Below are positions 8,794-17,569 of a stretch of 64,000 bases of DNA, in pieces (the first letter of the stretch is position 1; each line of letters starts with the position of its first letter). A program made the translations under genes and the position numbers. The DNA comes from an uncultured Acidobacteriaceae bacterium (GTDB lineage: Bacteria; Acidobacteriota; Terriglobia; Terriglobales; Acidobacteriaceae): NCBI GenBank assembly GCA_963709385.1, contig CAVPWD010000012.1, positions 336,989 through 400,988 on the forward strand, in the 5' to 3' direction. The notes under the pieces are model-generated. The model saw nothing but the letters and a program-made list of their open reading frames with translations, did no database searches and was not told the origin of the DNA.

Positions 8794-9654
8794 CTACGAT
8801 TTTGGTGGAGAGCTTGACTTCTTTGGCTTAATCGCCTGCCAGTCTTCTTCTGTGAGGATGCGGCCGAGATTGCTGAATTCTCCGGCGCCCTGCAAAAACT
8901 CGCCGCCATCCATGCGGATGACTTCGCCGTTAATGTAGCCCGATCCTTCACTCACCAGAAATGCCGCGAGATTGGCCAGTTCCTCGACCGTGCCGAAACG
9001 ATGCAGCGGATTGCGGTCGAGCGCGACCGCCTCAAGTCCCGGATGGGGCAGCACCCGCGAGAACGCGCCCTGCGTAGGAATCGGCCCGGGAGCAATGGCA
9101 TTCATGCGAATGCCGCGATTGCCCCACTCCACCGCCAGGCTGCGCGTAAGCGCTTCGACTCCAGCTTTCGACACGGCGGATGGGACCACGTAGGCCGAGC
9201 CCACCGGCGCATACGTGGCCGAGATACTCAGCACGGTGCCGGGATGTTTCGCCGCAAGCCAGCGGCGTCCGCAGGCCGTCGTGCAATTCAGAGTGCCCAT
9301 GAGCACGATGTTGATGACGGAGTTCCATGCGCCCGGAGAAAGCTCCTCCGTGCGGGCGATGAAATTTCCCGCGGCATTGTTGACCAGCACGTCAAGCGGG
9401 CCTTCTCTCCAAATCGCGTCAATCATGCCCTCGACGGCGTCGAGATTACGCACGTCGCAAGGCAGCGCATGGATTGTGCCGTGCGTCGCTTCAGCGAGTT
9501 CGGCGGCGGTTTGCACCAAAACTTCTTCACGGCGTCCGCAGATGTAAACCATGGCCCCGAGTTCGAGGAAGCGCTGCGCCATGCCTCTACCCAGCCCGGT
9601 GCCGCCGCCGGTGATCAGGATGCGCTTATTGCGAAGAAGATCTGTGCGGAACAT
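8794..9654 (-). CDS. SDR family oxidoreductase (2,4-dienoyl-CoA reductase-like)
   Basis: Rossmann motif ITGGGTGLG, then NNAAG and SKAG catalytic region, over the full-length 286-aa ORF. Confidence 0.85.
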   Translation of the reverse strand: MFRTDLLRNKRILITGGGTGLGRGMAQRFLELGAMVYICGRREEVLVQTAAELAEATHGTIHALPCDVRNLDAVEGMIDAIWREGPLDVLVNNAAGNFIARTEELSPGAWNSVINIVLMGTLNCTTACGRRWLAAKHPGTVLSISATYAPVGSAYVVPSAVSKAGVEALTRSLAVEWGNRGIRMNAIAPGPIPTQGAFSRVLPHPGLEAVALDRNPLHRFGTVEELANLAAFLVSEGSGYINGEVIRMDGGEFLQGAGEFSNLGRILTEEDWQAIKPKKSSSPPKS

Positions 9655-9768
9655 GTGCTCACCCGTGTACCATGCCAGCCCAAAGCAGGTTCCTCACCGG
9701 GCTTGCGCCTGGTTCGGAATGACAGATTATAGGGCGTGGTAGCGCTGGCGTCTCGCCCGCGCAGTTCG

Positions 9769-10497
9769 CTACAGATCGCAGGCGATGCGGAATCCGTAAT
9801 CTGCGTACTGAAATTCCGGCGGAATGCTGGAGCGGGCGGAGCAACGCGCGACTTTGATGTGATGCCTCCACGATCCGCCGCGGGAAGCCTTGCGCTGGCC
9901 GGTTTCCGGGCCGCGCGGGTTGCGCTCGGGGGAAACCGCGTAGTAGTTCGGGTCATACCAGTCGCTGCACCATTCGTGTACGTTATCGCCAATGTCGTAC
10001 AGTCCGAACCCGTTGGGCGCGTACCGGGCCACGGGCTCGGGACCGCTTTGCCAGCGCGTCGCGTAGTCGGGGAGAGATTGCGGCGGGTCGTCACCCCAGG
10101 GAAATTGCTTTTGCTCGAGGCCGCCGCGGGCGGCGCACTCCCATTCCGCTTCAGTGGGCAACCGATAGCTGCGGCCGGACTGCGAACTCAGCCACTCGCA
10201 GTATCGAACAGCCTCGTGCCACGACGGTCCAGCGACGGGCTGCTGCGGGTCGTTGAAATGGGCGTCGCTCCAGAAGGGGGGCGGGGTGGCGCCGGTCGCG
10301 AGCAGGAAGCGACCGTACTCGGCATTCGTGACTTGCGTCGCCGCGAGTTGGAATGCATCTACCCATACGCGATGCACCGGACGCTCGCAGTCCTGGCCGG
10401 AGTTCGATCCCATCGGGAACCAGCCTGCGGGAATCTGGATCAAGGTCGGTTCAAGTGCGCGCACCGGAGTTTCTGAGTGTAGTGGAGTAATCGCCAT
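9769..10497 (-). CDS. formylglycine-generating enzyme (SUMF1/EgtB/PvdO) family protein
   Basis: FGE-sulfatase domain pattern (IPAGWFPMGS...RLPTEAEWECAARGG...NVHEWCSDWY...RGGSW). Confidence 0.85.
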   Translation of the reverse strand: MAITPLHSETPVRALEPTLIQIPAGWFPMGSNSGQDCERPVHRVWVDAFQLAATQVTNAEYGRFLLATGATPPPFWSDAHFNDPQQPVAGPSWHEAVRYCEWLSSQSGRSYRLPTEAEWECAARGGLEQKQFPWGDDPPQSLPDYATRWQSGPEPVARYAPNGFGLYDIGDNVHEWCSDWYDPNYYAVSPERNPRGPETGQRKASRGGSWRHHIKVARCSARSSIPPEFQYADYGFRIACDL

Positions 10498-10561
10498 GGC
10501 AGTTGCCGCGCGTTCTCGACCAGGTTAAAGTTTAGCAGCGCGGGGACTTTGGAGGACTGCG

Positions 10562-11035
10562 ATGGCGGATAAAAAACTAAGCTTTCAGGCGAAGATCCAA
10601 GGGAGAGAGGCGGGCGTGGTGGCGGCGATCGCTCCGCCGGTGGACGTGATCGAGTATTTCGGAACGCGCGCCCGCGTGCCTATCCGAGGGACGATCAACG
10701 GTTTTCCGTTCCGCTCCTCGCTCATGCCCTGCGGAAATGCCCGCATGATGCCGGTGAACAAGACTCTGTGCCAGGGCGCGGGTGTGGAGCCGGGAGACAT
10801 CGTCGACGTCGTGATGGAGCGTGACGAGCAGGAGCGCACGGTCGAGCCTCCGCCCGAACTCAAGAAAGAGCTGGCCAAGAGCAAAAAAGCGCAAGAACGC
10901 TGGGACGACCTGGCCTTCACACACAAGAAAGAAATGGCGATGTCGATTTCCGGAGCCAAACAGGAAGAAACCAAGAAACGGCGGCTGGCCAAGGTGATGC
11001 AGGTTCTGAAGACTGGCGCGAAGTGGCCGGGCTAA
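10562..11035 (+). CDS. DUF1905 / YdeI-like protein
   Basis: N-terminal DUF1905 pattern (VPIRGTINGFPFRSSLMP) and a YdeI-like basic C-terminal tail. Confidence 0.7.
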   Translation: MADKKLSFQAKIQGREAGVVAAIAPPVDVIEYFGTRARVPIRGTINGFPFRSSLMPCGNARMMPVNKTLCQGAGVEPGDIVDVVMERDEQERTVEPPPELKKELAKSKKAQERWDDLAFTHKKEMAMSISGAKQEETKKRRLAKVMQVLKTGAKWPG

Positions 11036-11706
11036 CCACGGAGTTGTTTCACCACTTGAGCGATGTCGTTCTCCTGAAACAGGCGAATGCCGGCGATGCC
11101 TGCGGCCCCGGCTTCGACACACGCGTGTGCGTTGGCCAGCGTGATTCCGCCCAATGCCAGGACTGGGATCCTTACCTTAGACGCTTCGCGAAGAAATTCG
11201 AGCCCGGCTGGCGGCGCGTCTTTCTTCTCGAACACAGGTCCGAAGACGGCCAGGTCCGCGCCCTTTGCGGCGGCCTCAGTTACTTCTGCAGGAGAGTGAC
11301 AGGAGACCGCAATCAGAAAAGCTTGTGGCGAAATCGCGCCTGCGCTCCCGCCGGATTTCTTCCAAGCCTGTCTCACATCTCGCGGCGATACGTCGTCACT
11401 CCGTAAATGCACACCATGGGCTCCGGCGGCCATAGCCACGTCAGTGCGGGAGTTGATGAGAAGAGCAGTGGCCAATTGCTGGTGGTCAGTTGCCAGTCTT
11501 CGGGCCTCGCGGATCGCGCTCGCAGCTTCTCGCGCCAGGGATTCAAGCTCGCGGGTCCAGAGATCCTTTTCGCGAAGCTGGATGAAGTCCACTCCGGCGC
11601 GGGCGGCCTCGGAGATTTTTTCCAAAACGCGTCGCCGGCGCGTGGGTTCGTCGTCGGAAAATGCCCTGCGGTCGGTGATGTAGTAGAGGACGCAACGGGA
11701 GGGCAT
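11032..11706 (-). CDS. thiE: thiamine-phosphate synthase
   Basis: TMP-TENI family pattern (LYYITDR...GVDFIQLREKD...INSR.D.A...GAHGVHL...ADLAVFGPVF...IPVLALGGI). Confidence 0.8.
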   Translation of the reverse strand: MPSRCVLYYITDRRAFSDDEPTRRRRVLEKISEAARAGVDFIQLREKDLWTRELESLAREAASAIREARRLATDHQQLATALLINSRTDVAMAAGAHGVHLRSDDVSPRDVRQAWKKSGGSAGAISPQAFLIAVSCHSPAEVTEAAAKGADLAVFGPVFEKKDAPPAGLEFLREASKVRIPVLALGGITLANAHACVEAGAAGIAGIRLFQENDIAQVVKQLRG

Positions 11707-11716
11707 CGGCTCTCGG

Positions 11717-11941
11717 CTAATTGATAAGCGTTCCGACGAATCTTGTAATCTGGACCTCGTAGATGCACTGCTTGCCCTGATTTACTCTTCTAAGCCTCGC
11801 GGCCTCTTGCTCAGCCTGATCTCGCGTCGCCATTACCTTTACGACGGTTGCAGAGTTCTCCGACGCTTTGTAGGAATCGATTCTCACGATCGCGTAAACG
11901 TGGGCATATTTCGCATGCGGTCTGTCCGAAGCATGAAGCAT
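11717..11941 (-). CDS. small hypothetical protein
   Basis: ORF 11717..11965. ATG at 11941 lies 5 nt after the stop of the upstream LOG gene. No family recognised. Confidence 0.35.
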   Translation of the reverse strand: MLHASDRPHAKYAHVYAIVRIDSYKASENSATVVKVMATRDQAEQEAARLRRVNQGKQCIYEVQITRFVGTLIN

Positions 11942-11945
11942 CGGT

Positions 11946-12824
11946 TTACGGTCTGGTCTTCGCAATATCCGGCAGCACTTCGCCCTGCTTCTGCGGCGCG
12001 CCGCCGAGGTGGTGTTTCGTCAGGCCATCGCGCAGGAATTCGAATGCTTCTTCTGGTGAGTCGAGAAACGTGAATTGGTCCAGGTCTTGCGGCGATACCG
12101 CGCCGGCGTCGACGAAAGCTTGGAAGTTCATGATGCGGTTCCAGTATTCGCTGCCGTAAATCACGACCAGGATTTTCTTGGCCAGCTTGTCGGTCTGAGC
12201 CAGCGTCAGGATTTCGAAAAGTTCGTCCATGGTGCCGAAGCCGCCGGGGAAAATCACTAGCCCCTTTGCCAAATAGGCGAACCAGAACTTGCGCATGAAA
12301 AAATAGTGGAACTGAAAGTTCAGCGACGGCGTGATGTACCGGTTGGGACTCTGCTCGAACGGCAGCTGAATATTCAGGCCAATGGTCTTGCCCCCAGCTT
12401 CGTGCGCGCCCAGGTTGGCGGCCTCCATTATTCCCGGGCCTCCGCCTGTAGTGACGACGAAACGGTGGCGCCGCGCCGGGATCTGGATCGACCACTTCGT
12501 GAGCATGCCCGCCAGCTTGCGCGCGTCTTCGTAATAGCGCGCCATGTCCAGCCCAGCCTGGGCGCGCTTCAAGTCCTTTTCAAGTTGCTCGGCGGGCGTG
12601 GCGGCGTGATTCTGCTTCAGCGCGGCTAGGTTTTCCGTCGCTTGTTCGCGTCCATGAAAACGCGCCGAGCCGAAGAAAACGACCGTGTCCTGAATCTGCT
12701 CGCGGCGGAATCGCGCCAGCGGTTCCTGATACTCCGAAAGAATGCGAAGGATGCGCCCGTCCGGGCTGTCGAGGAACGGTTCGTTCTGGTAGGCGACCGG
12801 CGCGGATTTGAGATGGTCCGTCAT
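11946..12824 (-). CDS. LOG family (TIGR00730) protein
   Basis: GGGPGIMEAAN and PGGFGTMDELFE motifs. Confidence 0.85.
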   Translation of the reverse strand: MTDHLKSAPVAYQNEPFLDSPDGRILRILSEYQEPLARFRREQIQDTVVFFGSARFHGREQATENLAALKQNHAATPAEQLEKDLKRAQAGLDMARYYEDARKLAGMLTKWSIQIPARRHRFVVTTGGGPGIMEAANLGAHEAGGKTIGLNIQLPFEQSPNRYITPSLNFQFHYFFMRKFWFAYLAKGLVIFPGGFGTMDELFEILTLAQTDKLAKKILVVIYGSEYWNRIMNFQAFVDAGAVSPQDLDQFTFLDSPEEAFEFLRDGLTKHHLGGAPQKQGEVLPDIAKTRP

Positions 12825-12928
12825 AATTGAAAGCTCGCGTTCAGAATTCAGGGCCCCGAAGCGCAGACATTCAGAATACCGGAGCGGCAGGGTTATGGGG
12901 AATGGGTTGACGAGTACGGGTGGTTTTC

Positions 12929-13061
12929 GGTCTTAGGTCCTGGGTATTAGGTCTTATGCATTCCGCCGCGAACTCGGATCTCCCGACAGCAGGGCCAAGA
13001 CCTAAGACCCAAGACCTGATTCCCACTACTCCTGCTCAAGACCAAAGACCCAACACCCAAA
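12929..13061. repeat. inverted arrays of degenerate heptamers (GGTCTTA-type / AAGACCT-type)
   Basis: GGTCTTA GGTCCTG GGTATTA GGTCTTA at 12929-12955, then ~42 nt, then AAGACCT AAGACCC AAGACC at 12998-17 and CAAGACC AAAGACC CAACACC at 13037-61. Intergenic. Confidence 0.7.
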
Positions 13062-13076
13062 TGCCCGACGCCAGCC

Positions 13077-13445
13077 CTACTGCTGTTCGTGGTAGTGCAG
13101 CGCTTCCCAGAAACCGATCCAGATATCCAGCAGCCCCAGGCCGCTGCACAGGCCGCGGAAAAAGCCGTTGGAGACGATACTGCGCAGGTCGGGGAACGAG
13201 AGCAGAAGGTAATTGTCCGTCCACTCCGGCGTCCAGGGCAGAATGATGAGCAGCACTCCTGCGACGGCACTGATCAAAACAAAAAGAAAAACGGAAGTGC
13301 GGTGCATCCAGAGCTGTATGCCGCTGGGAATCGCAACCGGCGCGGCGGGTGCTGGCGGATCGAGTACCGCCGTCGGAGTCTCCGCGGGCGCAACCGTTTC
13401 TGCGGGTTTTGCGGGAGCGCTGGAGCCGGGCGTGGGGTCACTCAT
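13077..13445 (-). CDS. membrane protein of unknown function
   Basis: 122-aa ORF with a Pro/Ala-rich N-terminus and two TM helices. It is last in a co-directional group with the TPR genes upstream. Confidence 0.5.
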   Translation of the reverse strand: MSDPTPGSSAPAKPAETVAPAETPTAVLDPPAPAAPVAIPSGIQLWMHRTSVFLFVLISAVAGVLLIILPWTPEWTDNYLLLSFPDLRSIVSNGFFRGLCSGLGLLDIWIGFWEALHYHEQQ

Positions 13446-13549
13446 CCTAAAGGACTCCCGGCGCGGCTCATCCCGGAAACGGCGGAGAAAGAGTGGCGCT
13501 CGCTGAACCCCGAACGGAGACGATTAGGCACAAAACCCATCGGGCTATT

Positions 13550-14485
13550 CTACGACTTCAGGCCCTTAATGCGCTCGGCCACGTCGCGATAGTCGATGTT
13601 GTTGCCATACACATCCATGAAATGCTTGAGAGCGGAAGCTTTGTCGCCCGCAGTTTCGTAGGCGGCGGCCAGTTCGTAGTTCAGAGCGACCCGGGTCTCG
13701 CCATCGATGCCAGGAACGTGGAGAGCCTTGTCGTACCAGCGGACGGCGGCCTCAGGCACGCCTTTTTCCAGGAAACAATTCGCCAGCCAGGTATAGGTTT
13801 GCATGATCTGCGGGAAAGCGTGCCCGCGATCGAAGAACTGGCACGCTTTCTGCAGTTCGCCGATCGCTTCGTCGAGTAGTCCCATCTCTCGAAAGGCGAT
13901 GCCGAGGTTGTAATGCGTTTCCGGATCTTCGTCGGCCGACGCGACGTCCGATTCGAGATCCTGCTTGAGCTCGCCGAACATCTCGGCCAGGTCGACTCCC
14001 GCGTCTTCACCGAATGGAGAAGACTTGGCGGCAGCGGGCGCAGCCGGAGCAACCGGTTGCTGCTTGGGAACGTCGACTCCCGGCGCAGGCCAGGCCGAAG
14101 CCGGCGCGGCCACCGGTTGCGCCGCAGGCGCAACGTGCGAAACAGCTGAGGCCGACGCGGCGGCACTGGCGGCCATCGGCGGGATGATCCTCGGGGCCGT
14201 CACCGGAGGTGCGACCGGCGCAACCATCGGCGGCGCAGGCTGAGCCTTGGTGGCTGGAGGTCCCGCTTGTGCGACCGGCGCAGCCTTCAGGAAGTCTTCG
14301 CCTAGAGACGATTCAATGTCGGCAACGAACTCGCCCAGAACCGGCGCGGCCTGCGCGGCAGCGATCTTGGGTTCGGTGTGCGCAGCCGGAGCAAAAGCGG
14401 GCGAGGTTGGCTTGGGCCCAGAGGGCTTGGTCGCGGCAGGTTTCGACACGACGGTTGCTGCAGGCGCGACTGCGGGTTTGGCCAC
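13550..14485 (-). CDS. Pro/Ala-rich protein with C-terminal TPR domain (probably the 3' part of the upstream TPR gene)
   Basis: ORF with a GTG start. C-terminal TPRs (ETHYNLGIAFREMGLLDEAIGELQKA...). Its reading frame stays open and protein-like upstream of the GTG (see finding). Confidence 0.7.
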   Translation of the reverse strand: MAKPAVAPAATVVSKPAATKPSGPKPTSPAFAPAAHTEPKIAAAQAAPVLGEFVADIESSLGEDFLKAAPVAQAGPPATKAQPAPPMVAPVAPPVTAPRIIPPMAASAAASASAVSHVAPAAQPVAAPASAWPAPGVDVPKQQPVAPAAPAAAKSSPFGEDAGVDLAEMFGELKQDLESDVASADEDPETHYNLGIAFREMGLLDEAIGELQKACQFFDRGHAFPQIMQTYTWLANCFLEKGVPEAAVRWYDKALHVPGIDGETRVALNYELAAAYETAGDKASALKHFMDVYGNNIDYRDVAERIKGLKS

Positions 14486-14573
14486 GGTGCCCGGCAGGAA
14501 GCCCTCTCCCAGTGAACTTTCGAGATCGGAAACGAATTCCTTGAGAACGCTCGGCTCGGGCTCCGGTCCAGGC

Positions 14574-16973
14574 TCAGGCTCCGTATGATGAGCGACCGGC
14601 TCCGCTCAGGCTCGACCGAGGCTTCGGCAACCACGGGAACTTCTTCCACCGATTTTCAGCAATCTCTTCCACAGCCGCGGCTTCGGGCTCGGCCACTGCC
14701 TGCTCGACCGCCACTTCCTCGACTGCTTCGACTTCAACGGGCTCGCCTTGGACGGTCTCATCGACGGCCACTTCAACCGACGGAATGTCGTCGGCAGTCA
14801 GCTCTTCAAATTCGGGTTCGGCAGCGACCGCAGTTTCTTCTTCCGCGGCCTGCGGGGTGGCGGCCTCGACCTCGGCTCGTAGCTGCGCGACTTTCGCGCG
14901 GTCACCAGTCAGAGTCTGGAGCTTGGCCAGCGCGGCCATCGCCTGCTCAGGCATGCCGTGCGCCAGATAGAAGCGAATCTCTTCGACGGTCTCGTCTTCC
15001 TTACCCGCGGGGACTTCGTGCACCCCGGCGGCGCTGGCGACTTCGGCTTCCGCAACTTCCGCCGCCGGCTCATCCGCCTCGACCGCAATAGTGTCATCCC
15101 ACTCCGACGAAAGATCGATTTCAGACGACGCAGCGGCAGGCTCCGTCGTCGCTTCCGTTGACTCATCAACGACTGCAAATTCGTTGTCGACCGGCTCGAC
15201 GGTGATTTCCTCCGCATCGGCGGTCGTGGGCCAGGGTGAAGCAGCTTCCGCCTCGGGTGCGGCTTCTTCCGCCACGGATTCTTCGATTGCACTCTCCGCC
15301 GGAACTTCGTCAACGGAGAACTCCGGCACCGAGCCTTCCGCTTCGCCGGCCTGAACTTCTTCAACTTCCGGCGCATCCAGATAGATAGGAGCCTCTTCGA
15401 CGTGCAGGCTGTGCGCCGGGGTCGAAGAGCGCTCTTCATAACGCTCCGCCAGTTCGCCGTAACGCGTGGCTTCTTCCGGATGATCCGCATCGGAGTAGAT
15501 GCTCTGCAAAGTGCGGCAGCAAATGCCAGCTTCGGCGAAACGCTCGGCGCGCGTATGCAGAGCCGCGAGGCGCTGATTCAAGCGAAGATCGTTCGGCGCC
15601 ATCGGCAGCGCACCAACCAGCGGGCCCAGCGCCTTGGCGGGCATGTTGTAGGAAATGAAAAGTTCGGCGTCAGTCAGCGCGGAGCGGATCGCGAGCGCAA
15701 CCTCGTCAGAGTAATGTTGGTGAATCGACGGCGCCGTCGCTTCCAGGTCGTCGATCAGCACCACCGCTTCTTCTGGCGTGATCAGCTTGCTGCCGGAAGT
15801 GCCGCCCAGCTGGCTGACCACCTGCTGATAGTTCTGCATGTGCAGGGGGTTCTGCGGCTCGATGGTTGCGAGTTTCTGGTAGAGATCGCGGGCGCGGGGA
15901 AGATCTCCCGATTGCACGCTGGCATGGGCCAGCAACTCCGTGACCTCGCCAACGTGGGTGTTCTCGCCGGCTTTGTGGAACAGGTCCAACAATTTCTGCA
16001 GCGAGTCGGGATTCTCCCGCACATGCCCGATGATGGTATGCAGGCTGTCGAGAACCTTGTCCGAATTTTCCGCCAGCAGACGCTCGGCGTGCTGGTCGAA
16101 GACCTGCAGAGCATTTTCGTACTGCCCGGCCTGCATGAGGGCGTCGGCAAAACTGGAAATGGCCGGCAGATCGTTGTGCACGGTCAGCAGCTTGTTGGCG
16201 ACCGCTCCTGCATCGGAAAGTTGACCACTCTGCAGATACGCCTTGAGCAGGTCGCGCAGTCCGTCGGGATTCGAATCGATGTCGGAAACTTTTGTAAGAG
16301 TGGCAACTGCGCCGGCCGCGTCGCCCGATTCAATCAGGTTCTTGCCTTGCATCAGCAACGCATAGGCGTTGCCCGGATCGAGCGTAAGCATCCGCTGCAG
16401 AACTTCGTCGGCCGCAGGGAGCGATCCGCGCGAGCGCAGGCTCTCGGCGGCGGCCGAGAAAATCTGCCAGGCTTCCGTCTTTTTGCCCAGGCGAATATAC
16501 ACTTCCGCCAGGCGCACTCGCATGGCGCTGTTTTCCGGATCCATCTCCAGAATCTTCTGGAAAATGCGAACCGCGTTCTCGAGTTCGCCGGCCTTGAGAA
16601 ATTCTTCCGCCACCTGCAGGTACTGGGCGCGGGCGTCGTTGAAAAGGCCTTGCTGGGTATAGAGTTCCGCCAGCTTCAGCAAGCTCTCGAGCGAAGGCTG
16701 GAGCTTGCAGATCTTCTTGTACATGGCGATAGCCTTGACCGTGAAGCCCTGGCTGGCATAGGCATCGCCTACTGTCTTGAAGCACTCGGTAGCTTTATCG
16801 CTTTCCCCGCTGCGCGAGTACAGGTCGCCGACGGTGTTGGTGACCGTCAGATCCTTGGGGTCATTCTTGAGGATCTTCTCGTACTCTGTGATGGCATTCG
16901 GCAGTTTGCCCTGCTGGACATACTTCTCCGCATTGGCGAGAACCTTCTGTTTGTTGAAACCGAACAGCGCCAT
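14574..16973 (-). CDS. large TPR protein with an acidic repeat C-terminal half
   Basis: 799-aa ORF. The N-terminal ~480 aa are TPRs, followed by Glu/Ala/Val/Pro-rich repeats. The last ~27 codons (NRWKKFPWLPKPRSS...) look out of frame. Confidence 0.8.
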   Translation of the reverse strand: MALFGFNKQKVLANAEKYVQQGKLPNAITEYEKILKNDPKDLTVTNTVGDLYSRSGESDKATECFKTVGDAYASQGFTVKAIAMYKKICKLQPSLESLLKLAELYTQQGLFNDARAQYLQVAEEFLKAGELENAVRIFQKILEMDPENSAMRVRLAEVYIRLGKKTEAWQIFSAAAESLRSRGSLPAADEVLQRMLTLDPGNAYALLMQGKNLIESGDAAGAVATLTKVSDIDSNPDGLRDLLKAYLQSGQLSDAGAVANKLLTVHNDLPAISSFADALMQAGQYENALQVFDQHAERLLAENSDKVLDSLHTIIGHVRENPDSLQKLLDLFHKAGENTHVGEVTELLAHASVQSGDLPRARDLYQKLATIEPQNPLHMQNYQQVVSQLGGTSGSKLITPEEAVVLIDDLEATAPSIHQHYSDEVALAIRSALTDAELFISYNMPAKALGPLVGALPMAPNDLRLNQRLAALHTRAERFAEAGICCRTLQSIYSDADHPEEATRYGELAERYEERSSTPAHSLHVEEAPIYLDAPEVEEVQAGEAEGSVPEFSVDEVPAESAIEESVAEEAAPEAEAASPWPTTADAEEITVEPVDNEFAVVDESTEATTEPAAASSEIDLSSEWDDTIAVEADEPAAEVAEAEVASAAGVHEVPAGKEDETVEEIRFYLAHGMPEQAMAALAKLQTLTGDRAKVAQLRAEVEAATPQAAEEETAVAAEPEFEELTADDIPSVEVAVDETVQGEPVEVEAVEEVAVEQAVAEPEAAAVEEIAENRWKKFPWLPKPRSSLSGAGRSSYGA

Positions 16974-17122
16974 AAGAGTGCGAACCCCAGACCTGGTCTT
17001 TAGAGAACAACCTCTTTACAAAAACACAATCGCTGAACGCCGGGTGTTCGGGGAACTGCTCCCGGGATTGCCCCGAGGGTCATCTCACCTATCGGCAGAT
17101 GGACCGACCGGACAAGGCCAAT

Positions 17123-17194
17123 TGTACGACCGGACTCCACGAACCGCATGGTTACCAAGGGTTACCAAAAGGGAGTGTACGACCGGGTTACCAA
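17123..17194. repeat. cluster of short direct repeats (GGTTACCAA x3, TGTACGACCGG x2)
   Basis: GGTTACCAA at 17150, 17160 and 17186. TGTACGACCGG at 17123 and 17176. The cluster lies 150-220 bp upstream of the TPR gene start (16973, minus strand). Confidence 0.5.
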
Positions 17195-17569
17195 CGGAAC
17201 CCCGGGAAAGTGACCGCCAGCGTTAGCAGAAGTGGTGCCCCCGCGGTATCTCTGGTTGCCAGGAAAATCATGTGGGGACAGCCGCCAACGGCTGTCCTTC
17301 GAGCGCCAGTTCGAAATGTTTTTGCCCGATCATATCGAAGACGGCAGCGTCCGCAGGACGCCCGATCGTCGCCCGGCGTTTCAACGCCGAGTAACAGAGG
17401 CGAGACTGAACACCGTCCCGGCAGGGACGGCTGAAATGAATCGATCCGGATGGTTTCAAAAGCGCCCGCTTCGCTCAACCGCCTAATATGATCATGCTAT
17501 CGAGCCGGATCATCCGGCGGTGTATTTTTTTCAAACCGAAAATTTCGGAACCGCGTAACCCGAGGCCCC

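Noticed and set aside
11707-11946. Looked for a TPP riboswitch upstream of thiE.
   Set aside because: thiE starts 10 nt after the stop of a co-directional small ORF, so there is no room for a ~100-nt aptamer. No CTGAGA/ACCTGA-type conserved TPP motif was seen.
15402-17003. Long plus-strand ORF (533 aa) and similar long ORFs: 23565..25214 +, 49847..51115 -, 42445..43386 -, 41443..42396 -, 3517..4494 -, 58339..59199 -, 52486..53325 -, 54854..55687 -, 47447..48223 -, 45762..46424 -.
   Set aside because: Each lies antisense to a gene with clear family motifs (TPR protein, BNR protein, secD, TPR genes, transglutaminase-like, GT2, tonB, exbD, tgt, CADD-like). Their translations are Arg/Gly/His/Gln-rich with no motifs. 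This is typical of open antisense frames in GC-rich DNA.
17188-17478. Minus-strand ORFs (96 aa and 63 aa) that could be a small or decayed gene upstream of the selenoprotein candidate.
   Set aside because: No recognisable family. The plausible-looking stretches switch between frames, and there is no RBS or start context. I cannot support a call. It is kept only as part of the non-coding-region finding.
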